Assembly (NCBI RefSeq): GCF_006345805.1
Contig: NW_021836125.1
Coordinates: forward strand, 183,315-247,314
Direction of reading: 5' to 3'
DNA: 64,000 bases
Source of the DNA: Octopus sinensis
Lineage: Eukaryota
Shown here: in pieces, positions 1 through 12,096 of the stretch
Layout: each line of letters opens with the position of its first letter
Numbering within the stretch: the stretch's first letter is position 1
Made by a program: the position numbers and the translations under genes
Notes under the pieces: model-generated
What the model was told of the DNA's origin: nothing
Databases searched by the model: none
The model's input: only the letters and a program-made list of their open reading frames with translations

Positions 1-995
1 ATATGAAAGAGGAGAAACAAGAGCAATAAGATAACGGGACCTTCTGACTAGAGAAGGTGGCCAACATACGAGACCTCTTTCAATACTTTTTGAGTTGACA
101 TTCGGCAGGCAAATTGCTGCCCTGTCACCCTGGAATGAAAAATGTAATTACTTGACAAATCGAGTTAATTGGCTGCCCAAACGACTGCATAGACACAATT
201 TTTCTGACAATATTTAAAGAAGAGACGTTCACGTTTAAACCGGTTTTCCGACATCCCGAGAGAACTGTGCCTGTTAGGACAGTCCCTCGTCCTTTGACAG
301 TAAAACAGTGATCGATGGCCATCAAAAAGTCATCTCTGTCACGACATATAGTCGGCTCAGCCATGTTGTCCATCAAATCGATCAGTTGGTCTATTCCAAT
401 AAACTATAAACAATTGCAGTGGATTTATCTACATTTCCAACATTATTTTTCTTTACAAGGGAAACAGCCACGATCGGACATTGCCTGAACTTTGTTTTCT
501 TGATAATTTTCTCCAATTTTGATTTCATCTACAACTTGTTGATACACTAAAACTGTGGAAATTGCCTCTTGACAAGCTTCAGTGATAATGTCGATTTTGT
601 TAAGTACAATTATCAATTTTTGGCATGTCAATTCTGCCAGAATAAGACACTCTGCAGTCTGTGGTTGAATTCCCTTAGTAATGTCGATCACCAAAATACA
701 AATACTGATTATGGACGACCCTGAGGGGATGGTAATGTTATAGAATACCACATATGATAGTTTTAAGCAAAGATGCGTGTCCAGGACAGTCAACTAATGT
801 AAACTGTCGGGTATGTGAATCCCTCGATATTTGAAGGACAGAAAATCCAAGATCAAGGGTTATACCTCGTTCCTTGCTTTGTGGATTCTTATCAAACGCT
901 GCCGTACTTCCTTTGGTACTCAGAACTTTGCAGAGTGTCGTCTTCCCACAATCAACATGGCCGAGGATCCCCACACTTACATTAAAACTGGCCAT
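1..995 (-). CDS. EEFSEC: Selenocysteine-specific elongation factor, 5' part (continues past the window start); multi-exon
   Basis: GHVDCGKTTL, AFDKNPQSKERGITLDLGFS, LVDCPGHASL, VIDITKGIQPQTAECL, VLNKID and AIDHCFTVKGRGTVLTGT match eukaryotic SelB/eEFSec. A 28-nt GT-AG intron joins IICG|SSII. Confidence 0.95.
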
Positions 996-1099
996 TTCAA
1001 CAACGCTAACGGACAGTAATTTTATAAATTATTTTTAATATTTAAATTAAATATTCTCAAATGGAAGGTTAACCTTAAGTTTAATAATAAATGTATTTG

Positions 1100-1765
1100 C
1101 GACGTCGGCATGAAAAAAGCAAAGATTTTCCTTTCGTAAAGTCGCCAATGTGCGTCTAGTACGTGTAATTCTGGTCTCTCCGATTAAATTATATCATCGT
1201 TAACGAGTGCAACAAAAGCTTCATGTTTGTAGAAGTTGAGGACTTTCCTGTACTCTAACGCTCGTGAGTGTAAAAGCTCTTTTCAGGCTCGCCTCGATTT
1301 TCAATTTGTTGATCCAGGAAATTGATTTATCCCATATCTACATGCGTAGTTACCCCGGCTTCTCTAGCATGTAGGAAGCCGGCAGCAATCAAATAGCAAG
1401 AAGCAGAGATTGAGCGCTCTCAGAGATCCAGAATCTCGATAGGTGAGGCGGTCCAGAACAGAAAAAGAGGTCTTTAGCGGTTAGCGAATGATATGTTTCA
1501 AAAATGAGTGAATGATGTCCCGAGCGAAGTTGTGCAAGCTGGAAACGGAGGTTGCAAGTTGTTCTGAAGGATGGAACAGCGGGGAGAATCAAGAAATTTG
1601 TGATTTTTAAACATCCTGATAGCACGAAATGAGATTTAATCATGAACTAGTTTCTTCCCAATTTGCCAATTGTTCGTTAAGAGTATTTTTGAGAGATATC
1701 TGCATTGATCAGTCAGAGTAGTGATAATATGTTTTTTGTTTTCTGAAATAGAGATTTTGTGGCAT
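1100..1765 (-). other. Possible unannotated multi-exon gene between EEFSEC and NUP160
   Basis: Higher-GC stretch with open frames on the minus strand (MPQNLYFRKQ..., IWDKSISWINKLKIEASLKRAF) and candidate short GT-AG introns. No family recognised. Confidence 0.25.
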
Positions 1766-1902
1766 GGATGAGATAGGTCTTATATTTTGTGGAGCAATTG
1801 GAGTCCTCTTTGGAAAGTGTTGAAAGCACAATTTATTAAAATTTAGATTTATTCATATTGTAAAATTAATTAAATTAAAATTGATAAGACATACTCGACG
1901 TG

Positions 1903-4900
1903 ATGTCTTTTTCTCTGATTCATATACGATCTCCATCTGAAGCAGCTCAAACAATAAGTCTTGACGAAAACACTGGTTATATATATAAATTACTTTCTAG
2001 AAACGGTTTTAAATTCATACAAAGAATTTACTAATGAAGGTGGGATTAAAATTATACCTTCCAAAGACTCTAATAGATATATATTCTGGTATAAAATACT
2101 TATTAACAATCGAGGTACTGCAACGAAGACCGCATACTTCTCTGTGAAGAATCATTCCGGGCAGACCTTTTTGGTCGGTCCCTCAATTTAATTTACTCAA
2201 ATAAAATTATTCCAAATTCAATCTCATTTAATGAATTTAGTCAAACAGACAAGTTTTGTTTGTCTAATAAATATAGAACATGTCGAGAATATGTTCTTCT
2301 CTCTGCAAGCATTGAATGTTGTTACATCATAATGTTCAACTCCTGTGGGGCTAATCATTCCATTCTAAACAGCCGACCTGCCTTTTATTCGGTCGAATGT
2401 GACAGGACTGACCTAAGTGGTTGGGAACCACTTTGTTCAACATTTTCCACAAATTCAAAAAATGCGTTCTTTGGGGCCATTTCGACTGCTTTTAGCAAAA
2501 TTCATATTCTTGTGATTCCTCTGTTGAGCTGTGAATCTAAATCTGGTGTTTTGAATGAATAAATTTAAGAATTGTCACTGCTTTCTGAGTCTTTTAAAGT
2601 CGGGATCTCTTTTTATGTGGATCTGTGTTGTTCGACGTCGTATTTTCGAAGGATTTCTAATTTGGTCACCTCCAGGTCCTCAAATCGGTCGATTATCCCG
2701 TCGGCCTGCCTGTTTATTGAATTAAATGGACAAGATTACTTTGCCTGTCTCCACGATGGACAAATCGAGATCTGGGAATGCTCCACCGTTGGTCATTTGT
2801 CAATAAATTTAAAAGAAGGGGAGACTTGTGGCGAGTTGTAATATATTTGACCTACTTGGTGAGTCCGCTGAGCACTCAGGGGACTCTGAGAACAATTTCC
2901 TCGTCAAATCCAGAGGATATAATTCAAATAAATGTGAACTATTTGTCCAAGTACGTCTAAAGTCGTCATATTGTGTAATATTTTGTTTATTCAATCATTT
3001 CGGTAGGTGGCTGCCTTTATGTTATTTTTGGATGAAAATGTCAGTTTAAATTTCGATCGAAGGATCAGTGAGACACATGTATTTTTGAATTGTCTCATTT
3101 TTATAGAACCCTTGCTTATCTATAGTCTCTACTCGTGATTATTACGTACTGATGACTGGAAGTGTTGATCATAAAAGTATTGAATTGGTAAGAAGGTAGT
3201 GCTTGTTGTATATTGAATATTAGAGAAAATGACTATCCCTGTACTGTAGTGAGTGACAGTCGGTCAGCCCATTCAGAGTTGGTGTGTAATGTTATTGGGG
3301 ATGATGCGAATGATTTGTGTTTAATGGCATTTAATAGTTTTCGTCGGGCACTGAAATCATTCTCTCTTGACACAATCCGTCGATCTATTCTGGTAGCAGT
3401 GATTTGAGGAATGCGTTGTAGTTGGAGGTTGAATGTGGTGGACTTTGTTTTAACGTTGGGAATATTGAGGCAATGGACTATGCTCAGCTGACAGATTTAT
3501 GTTCTAAGCTAATTTATGAAAAGGTTATTGTTGTGGAATAAGTTTTAGATTGGCTCTCATGGGGTAGTTGAGGGGGAAGAGGACTTGTATTTAGAAAACA
3601 CACATTTTGCAGATATAAAAGCATTTTATTCCACGTGTTTGCTTTGTGATCAACAGGTAGCTTTTGATGATTAAATTAAGGAACATAATTTAATTTCCTT
3701 TGACTGCATGGAGGATTCCAACGAATTAGTGCTTCTCTCGAAGGTTAGACCTAATTTAAAGGACAGTAGAACGGATTGTCATTTCTTGTGAGAAATGTTG
3801 GTCAGAATTTGTGCTTTCAGCAGTCTTTTCCAGCCTCTCATGTTGGGGCTGAATTATTCCCTGATTCCGAAGAGTTAACTTCTCAAATCCTGATTGAAGG
3901 ATTACGATTAGTAGATTCCGCTGTCATGCACAGCATCGGTTCCTCCACTTTTGACAATTTTATGTTTAAATTTATCAAGAATTACTTTAACTGTAAGATA
4001 CTTGACTCAATTGATCTGTTGAGTCGAATTATCAAAGAAAATCTGTAAAATGAGTGAAATATTTTTAGTAATTCACGGGATTATGCAGTACTTGTGAGTC
4101 TTTTGTCAAATATGAGTGTCTCTCTGTTGTCGAACTCAATAAAACAACTCGAGGATTTCAGGTTCCCACAAAAAGAAGATGGTTTTGTGTTTTGTACATA
4201 AAATAGTGAGAAAATGCGGAAAATGTGAGATTTCCTCATTCGGTTTGGAGTATTTGACAAAACAATTCCAATTATATGTCAGTTCCCACCGCAGATATGT
4301 TCGATCCCTCTTCATTCTTTGTTCAATGAGTGGAAATCTACAAGTTTGGATAGGTTTTACGAATTATTTGCAGTTTTTGGAAGATGATATGAAAACTTAT
4401 TTAATCAATCATATTTTGAACTTTTATTGCATTGATTTCTCACTTGGAGCTGCTTGTCTGCCGTCTAACAAGCTTCCTGATTGCTTGTTTGTACAATAAT
4501 GATTTAATTCTCCTATTAGTGGACGTATTGACTCATTATACCACGAATATGCCACAATTCACTTCAATTTTAACAAAAAATATAGTCCAGAACTGAAACT
4601 GGTGGCACTGATTTTGGAAAACGGGGTGGAGTTGTGTCAGAATGACTTGAACGTCTGCTCTCAGTCTGACATGTTCGACTCTTTACTGAATCTATGGGGA
4701 AATGAGTCTCTTAGTCTGTTTGGGCTGCTGTTGTTTGAGAGCGGATGTCTGAGTGCTGTCGTTGAATATTCGAATACTCTATCCACGTCTCAGAGACAGA
4801 TTCCTCCCACACTTTTATTTATCACCTGTTTTGCCAATCTGTATTTTATTTTCATTACAACAAATTTAGAGTGCTAAATGATGGATGTCTGGGTAGGACA

Positions 4901-6770
4901 TTTAAAATGATTGGAGGAAAAGAGTTTATGAACGAATTGTCTGTGTTTTTTAAATTTTCCAATTGGGAAGAATATAATTTAATGGTATTATTACAATTTC
5001 AAATTGAGGTTGTCACTGCCATGTCTTTGTGTAAAAGACATGAATTGGTCTCCGACTATTGTGAGGATATATTCCAATTCGGGCCATATCCGGATGAATT
5101 TGTAGTCAAAGTTGATGTATTGTAGATTCCATTTCTTTTTGACGCCTATCTGCACATCGAACAGTATACCACAGCCATTCTACTTCTCGCTGCCTCTAAT
5201 ATTCAGTTCGTATCATATTTGAATATTTATAGACCTAAAACCGACCTGATTGCTTCATTTTTGGATTACATTGAAGAACATTATAAATATGAAGTAATGG
5301 ACACAATTCCTTTGAATTCTCTGAGTATTCAGGTTGAGTGTTTGGCTAAATTGGCCAAGATATTCGATTCGATGACAGGGAGATTGGCAGGTGTCGACTA
5401 TTCTAATTGCTGTACTTTCGCTCCGCACTATTTCATTTGGAAATAGAATCTATCAATTCCAGAGTGGTTATTGGTTCATAAATCACGATTCAATAGTGGC
5501 TCAAGTTGCCTACAACAGTAGCAGGAAACTTATCAAGCACGACAAAGCTGAATTTGAGGGACCTTGTAGACTCATGGAGGAAGCATTGAAGGCTTTGGCA
5601 AGTCTGCCTGAATATGATCAGTTTATTGTCTGTAACGAAGACACGTGTTTATGTTCACTCGACTTGGTTGATTTGTATGTTTTATTTAAGCGTATTGCCA
5701 ATGAACATATTCGCGTGTCGGGCGAGGGAATTGTTCGACTAAAACCAACAAATCTGATTTTGGTAGATAGGAAACGGATTGAAGCCGAACTGTTGATTTT
5801 GAAGTCAAAAAGAACTCTTGCTGATCTCGATCTGTTAATATCGACTTCAGAGAAAGCCAAAGATTTGATTCCAGTCCTTTGCATAGCTGGGCTTTATGAC
5901 GAAGCATTTCAAGTCACTTCTTATTATTCTATTTCGAATGTGGACATTATTGATAGTTTACTCAAAAGGTATGAAATGTCAGGGAAATTGGTTAGATGTG
6001 TCGAATCAAAGTCCGTCGTCAAAATGAGTCCTGATTTATATCTAGAAAATTCTAAATGGATTCTTCAAATTCCATTTTTTGAAACATTTGAGTCAAAAAA
6101 GTGTCAAATGATTATTTTATTTGCTTTAGTTACGTCGATTCGTGTATTACTGTTCTGCAGACTCTGCTTCTCAAATACGACGACACGGATTCTTTCAATC
6201 TACACAGACTTTCTATAAATTACTTCTTAAAACATGGAACGTTGCCCCGTTATGCCTGGAGACTCAATATATGGTATAATCTGGATTGGGTTATTCCAGA
6301 GCGTATTTCCCGTGTCTCTCCTTCGTATTTATGTCGATAACGAGTTTTATGAACGTGCGGCTGAATTGATAATCGAATGTGCAGAGCATATTTGGGGGAG
6401 GGAGAGACCCAACTCGATTTGGTGTTAAAGTAAGAAGTGATGTGTATTTACTTAGAATTGCCTGCTTTTCAAAGATTCAGAAGTTTGTTTCCCATATTCA
6501 GCAGTCGAGGAGTTTTTGTCGCTAATTGGGAGTTTACAGAATAAGGGTCGACTTGATAAAGAAGTATCACGTGCCATTTGTGTTGTAGTTATTGTCGGAG
6601 TTGTCCGAGGAACTTGTTTATTACATGGACACTGTTGAGAAGACGTCGCAGGACATGCAGTATTATAGAAAATGGAAATTCAAGTTAAAACAGATCATTC
6701 TTTTGAGTGAGTGTTTAGTTTCTTTTTATCTTTTTTCCATTAATTATACAACTCACTATGACAATTAATT
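1903..6770 (+). CDS. NUP160: Nuclear pore complex protein Nup160; many micro-introns, several apparent consensus indels
   Basis: NRYIFW (human NRFIHW); FACLHDGQIEIW; IEAELLILKSKRTL...LCIAGLYDEAF; SINYFLKHG...LLRIYVDNEFYERAAELI; CFPYSAVEEFL; ELVYYMDTVEKTSQDMQYYRK. These are collinear with metazoan Nup160. Start ATG at 1903 is inferred; the end is approximate. Confidence 0.85.
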
Positions 6771-7000
6771 AAGGCAAAGGCTGAATCGTGAATTCAATTA
6801 ATTTAGATTTGATGATATATAAAAATGAGCATTCTATTATTTTTGGTTTACTTGGAATACCGTTTACTTAATCGAAATAGAGCTGTCGATTCTACAATGA
6901 CTAGGGCGATTTTTTAACCTAAAAGATAAAAAAAATTTAACCTAAAAAATTTAACTTTCTTAATCTGAAAACGAAAAAAAATACCCCAAAAATTTAACTA

Positions 7001-8653
7001 CAGTCCGACCTCTAAATGGGGCACTAGTGCCTCAAATCAGAGGTTTCCCCAAAAAGAGGTTTTTCAAAAAGCTCAATAAATAAAGAAAAGAACATTATTT
7101 TTAAAATAATCAGTTAATTTTTCTCCATATTTATTTTTAATTCCTAACGACACTTTCTTTCTGAATTCATAAAAATCATGAAGAGAATCTGGAATCAAAT
7201 CAAAGATGTTTGTCTCTAAGTTTTCCATCAAACTTAAAATTTGTGATATTGATGGTTCGCAGCTTATATTCTCATAGATATTTGGATCATTATCTTCTAT
7301 TTCATCAATAACATTATTAAATATTTCTTAAGATGATTCATTTATGCAACTCGAGTCTGATGGAGATTGTCGAAAACCTTTTGCCAGCAGTTATAAATAA
7401 TATCCGCAGATACATTATTCCAAGCATCTGAGATTATTGTTACCACTTGCCGCAAATTTAATTTAAATAAAGACTCTATAAACAAATCCTGGTCGTCTTG
7501 AAAACATAAAAATCAATTAGACAATTCAAATAATTATCCTTGAAATTTTTAATGATTCCAGCATCCAATGGTTGAAGTATTGGTGTCGTATTTTTGGTAA
7601 AAATAAAAAATCAACGTTGCTAAATGTCGATATTTGTGGCAAGCAGCGTTATCTAATAACATTAAGATTTTCTTTTTGAATAATCATTTTTTCATTAATT
7701 TTTTGAGCCAGATATAAAAATGTCTCTTGTCATCCACGCATTTTGGACGAGAGTATAAAATTCCATAAATTTCGGGAGAAAATTTTTGAAACATCTAGGA
7801 TTTCTATATTTCCGATTATTAATGGTTCAAATTTTTCTCCAGTGTAACTACAGCATAGATAAGAGTAACTTTATCTTTACTCCTTTTAAAGCCCCGTGCC
7901 GAATCACCAGTTTTCACGAATGATTTACGTGGTGTAAGTTTGATAAAAAGAGAAGTTTCGTCACAATTAAAAATGTTCTCCTTTCCATATTGTTCAACTT
8001 TGATATTTAATTCTGATAAAAAATTCAAAATTATCGCATGATCAGCAGATGCGGATTCGCCTGACAATGTTCGGAATTTTAATTCATGCCTCTGCTTGAA
8101 TTTTTCTAACCATCCATTTGAAGCTTTAAACTTGTTTAAGCCCATTCTCGAAGAAACAGTTAGGGAAATTTTTTTTAAAAGAGTTCCAGAAACTGGAACA
8201 TTCTGATCCCTTAGACGCTGAAAAATATCAAGGACTTTTTCATCAAATCCGTTTTTATTTTCACTTAATGATGAGGAAAGAAATCCTTTTTGATAAATGG
8301 AAGAATATTCTTTTTTATACGAAAAATAGTTCCCTTGCTAGTATTTTACATTATGGATAATCTCCTCTCAGAATGTTCTTTCTTTAAAAAATGATCAGCA
8401 ATCTTCAACTTGGTTTCATAATTCAAAGGCATTACACAAGAAATTTGAAATGAAACGGTGTCTTAAAATATTTATTTTTAAATTGGTATAATTAATTTTA
8501 TTTAATAAAAAATCAATGCCCCAAATAGAGATGTTAAAATTAATTGATTTTTTATGATTTGGTTAAAAAAATTTATAATGCCCCAAAACAGAGTTTTCCC
8601 CAAAAAAGAGGTGCCCCACCCCTGGAGGTGCGCCCCAATTAGAGGTCGGACTG
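7001..8653 (-). mobile_element. pogo/Tigger-family DNA transposon with degenerate transposase
   Basis: TIRs CAGTCCGACCTCTAA(A/T)TGGGGC at 7001 and 8653, each flanked by TA. CENP-B-type HTH and DDE_1 fragments: FKASNGWLEKFKQRH, IFNCDETSLF, DNAACH, LQPLDAGIIKNFK. Confidence 0.92.
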
Positions 8654-9659
8654 TATAACTAAACAATAGAAAGGCTGAAACTCTTTGATACACATACAAA
8701 TTACATTATTTTCTAAATTTTATATAAAATGGTCTTTGTGTTTTAATAAAATAAATCAATCAAAAATTATAAGGTTAAAATTGTTTTGCATTGATGTGGC
8801 GGGAAAATCTCAATGTCAAGGCGTATTCAGAAGAGGAAAAGAAAACAGAGTTGACAAAATTAGTGGAATCGGACAACGATGATAGATAGCATGGCAGGGA
8901 TAAATCTCTGCAAAGCGGATATCGATGCCCCCGCAACGATTAGGTAAATTGCCACGTAGTATGGCACCAGGTTTGAATATGATATTCACCAGCAACTCGG
9001 GGGTTTTGAAACCAAATTATAAAGACGAGATAGATGTTCTTGCTTGAGAAAGAAAGGCGATGAGTGCATAAGGAAAGTAAGTTTCGGAATAAAAAATAGT
9101 TCTTCATTAGGAAAGCTCCAGATGAGATTCAAGTTTGCAGATACGTAAGATAAGGATTTCTATTTCTTTTTTGTGGTCACTGAGAGCCTTTCTAATCTCC
9201 TTGCTACTGATTTGGAAACCAAGGCAGCTCAGATTTCGAACCGTTAAGGACAAGCCCAATAAAAGCAAACCCAAAAATAATTTGTGGAAATCGCTTCGCT
9301 TCCTAAAGAAGCTTGGACGCTTAGCCACATTAAAAAGCCACGACACACGTGAGACCCGGTGGCTTCTCCAGTGATCTCCGTTGCTATCGTGAGAGGCAAC
9401 GCAACGTCAATTATGTTGGCGGGGTCCACTTCGGACCGGTAAAATTTTCTTAATTAATTCCATAAATTAACTTCTATAAATAAAGTTGATTTGAATTTTT
9501 GTGACATCATATTTGACGATTTCCGAGGTCCGAATTTTTTTATCAATTAATAAAATGCATTTTTTTAAATTTAAAGACTAATTAAAAAATGAAGACATTC
9601 ACTTCCTTTAAAAAATCAGTATTCTCGTTTTAATACTTGTTTTAATGTTTCAACTAATA

Positions 9660-10045
9660 TTATCAAGATGATAAAAGTTCCACAAATATGACCTTTTGGA
9701 AATTGAATTAGGGGTGATTCATCGGGCTAAAGTGAAAATAATCCCTGTTGTACTTACTTGCGACGGAATTGTCTCAAGATTCTTCAAAAGTCATCTGCAT
9801 TCTATCGCAATGGAAGACAGAGTGAAGGCATATATCCAAACACTCGTTTTAAGAAAAATATAGAGAGTATGCATGAGGAGACAAGACATGGAATATCGGT
9901 TCCCGATGAGAGCAAGCAGTGATTGGGTGTCACCGAAGGATTCTTCTGAATCAGGAATACGTGTGGACGAGGACCTCTATGTACCGACTATGATTATTGG
10001 GCATAAGAGACAAGAAGATTGTTCTAAAAAGAATATGTAATAAGA
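9660..10045 (+). mobile_element. 3' fragment of an R4/NeSL-like non-LTR retrotransposon (restriction-like endonuclease region)
   Basis: Frame reads KYDLLEIELGVIHRAKVKIIPVVLTCDGIVSRFFKSHLHSIAMEDRVKAYIQTLVLRK, typical of a REL C-terminus. Confidence 0.7.
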
Positions 10046-10329
10046 GGAAGAAAAATAATTCACTTCATTCTTTTGTTTAATAAAAATAATTATCAAGGTG
10101 ATTGAAGACATTTAAATTAACTTCATCTTTCTATATGAAGTATTTTATAATTATATAGACACTATTCATTACATTGTTCATTTTCTAAAACGACTTGTTC
10201 ATTCTTTTGTCCTCCACAATCAATGTCCTCATCATAATTTTTATCCAACTTGTCCATAATTTATTCACTCTCGTATGCTCGTATAGAAGATACACTTGCT
10301 CTCGAATGGATCATTTATTTGTAGTCAAC

Positions 10330-10700
10330 ACAAATCCCTGATAGGTTTCAGGCGAAGACTCATCATATATTTTTCAATAAATTGTGGGTCCATTTAGATT
10401 ATTGAAACAGTTTATTATTGGTTTATTTTTTACATGCCTCAAATGATGATTTTCCGAGTTCATTTTTTTAATAATTTCAAGAATTTGAATTTATTGACTA
10501 GCGTCTTGAATATCTTAATAACTCCTTGGTCCATCGGCTGTAACAACATGTAGCACTTGCCGGGAAAAACATTATTTCATTTGCTGTAAATTTGTAAAAA
10601 TCTTGTGAGATGGACATTGGTCAATTACGAGTAGTATTTTTTCATTTTTCTTTAGCCAAACTGATATCTTGGAATCCATTCAATATTTTTCTGAATTAAG
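10330..10700 (-). mobile_element. Decayed pogo/Tigger DDE_1 transposase remnant
   Basis: LLVIDQCPSH...LQPMDQGVIKIFK with stops and frameshifts. Confidence 0.7.
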
Positions 10701-11039
10701 ATAGCTTACAAAACTTCCGTATCTAAAAATTTTTAATGAAGATAGATTTTTTGATTTTTCCAATTATGAATGATGCTAGTTTATTGGTAGCGGTTATATT
10801 CGAAAAAAAGCATTATTGATAATCGATCCTTCAATAATTTATGCACGTAACCGTTCTCTGGCATTCTCGCAGATCGAGCTTGTCTTTCGTCTTGGACTCT
10901 TTTTATTTCAATTACAAAAATATTAAAATTTATGCCTGTATTTCTTCATGCTGTACGAAGATTTTAATGAAAAATAAGGTCCCCAAAAGACTCTTCATCT
11001 CTTTCAGTCTTGTTGGACATCGTCTGAGGAACTGTCAAG

Positions 11040-11350
11040 TGAAAATAATTCTTTACTTTTTTGCTTATAATATTTAAAGGGATCTTATCATAAAAGTCGA
11101 AAACATTCACTTTGCTTATTTTAACCAGTATGCAAATTTTTTTTAAATTTTCTTGGTGTGAAGGTTTTAAGGATCACGTCATCGAAGGTATTGTTAATAT
11201 GTTAGATTTTTAGGTGGAATGTTTTTAAAGGACCTCACCTCATCACTTGTTCCCCATTATTGACTAATTATAAGGAAAAAGTATTTTCACAATTTATCAG
11301 TATCTTGCTATTTTGAAATTGGTGCAGACACACCATACTATTTTATTATT
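11040..11350 (-). mobile_element. 5' fragment of the Helitron-related family also at 21112 and 60490
   Basis: The reverse complement shares AATAATAAAA..GTATGGTGTGT..CACCAA.TTCAAA with 21115, CCTTATAATTAGTCAATAATGGGG with 60570, and a diverged copy of the 95-bp array unit. Confidence 0.7.
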
Positions 11351-11555
11351 ATTTCACTAGAAAGCTTATTTTTCTATTAATAAATCAATAAAAGATGCAA
11401 TAAAACAATCAATAACAAATGAAACGAATATTCTTAATCTAAGGATGATTAGTATACTATGTGTTGTGTTTGAAAGACGAGTATGGCATAAAAGAGTCCT
11501 GGTTTAAAGGAGAAAGAATGACTGATCCAAATTCGACCACACTCCATTTGACATT

Positions 11556-11805
11556 TTAGGTTTCTAAAGTAAATTCATTTTGGATTACTGATGAGGCTAA
11601 ACATAAATCAACATTAAGAAAATACAGGGAATCCATTTAAAAACTGTAATCGTAGTATTCGGTAATAAGCACCACTCCTTAGTCCTAGAAGGATAATTTT
11701 TATTTAAAAATCTACCATTATTTTTTGGGACGTAACTGGAGAGGATGCTGTAGTTCAACGAGTCCTTAACCTTATTCCTCGATTCTGCACGAAAGTACGA
11801 GACAT
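11556..11805 (-). CDS. Minimal BCL7-family protein (~65 aa, essentially only the conserved N-terminal domain)
   Basis: MSRTFRAESRNKVKD...TKEWCLLPNTTITVFKWIP resembles BCL7 RAETRSRAKDD...EKKWVTVGDTSLRIYKWVP. Two short introns; the reading needs one or two single-base corrections. Confidence 0.55.
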
Positions 11806-12096
11806 AATAGTCGATAAAGCTTATATTTTAATTAAAAATATAAAAACAATTTAATATTACAAATAAACATTCTGGATTAGACGTATAATTACAATTGATA
11901 AAATAAATTAATTCAGAAAGCTCTGCAATATTTTAGAATTAATTTTTTTAATTGTCGAAAAAAGTATTCTGATATTAAATTTATTTAGTTCATAATTTTT
12001 GTTTCAATTTCGACTAAATAGCAGATTACTGGAATTTGGTCTTGTTGAGTCATACACGTGTTACCATTTTTGAACAGAATTTAGAGATTTTATAAC

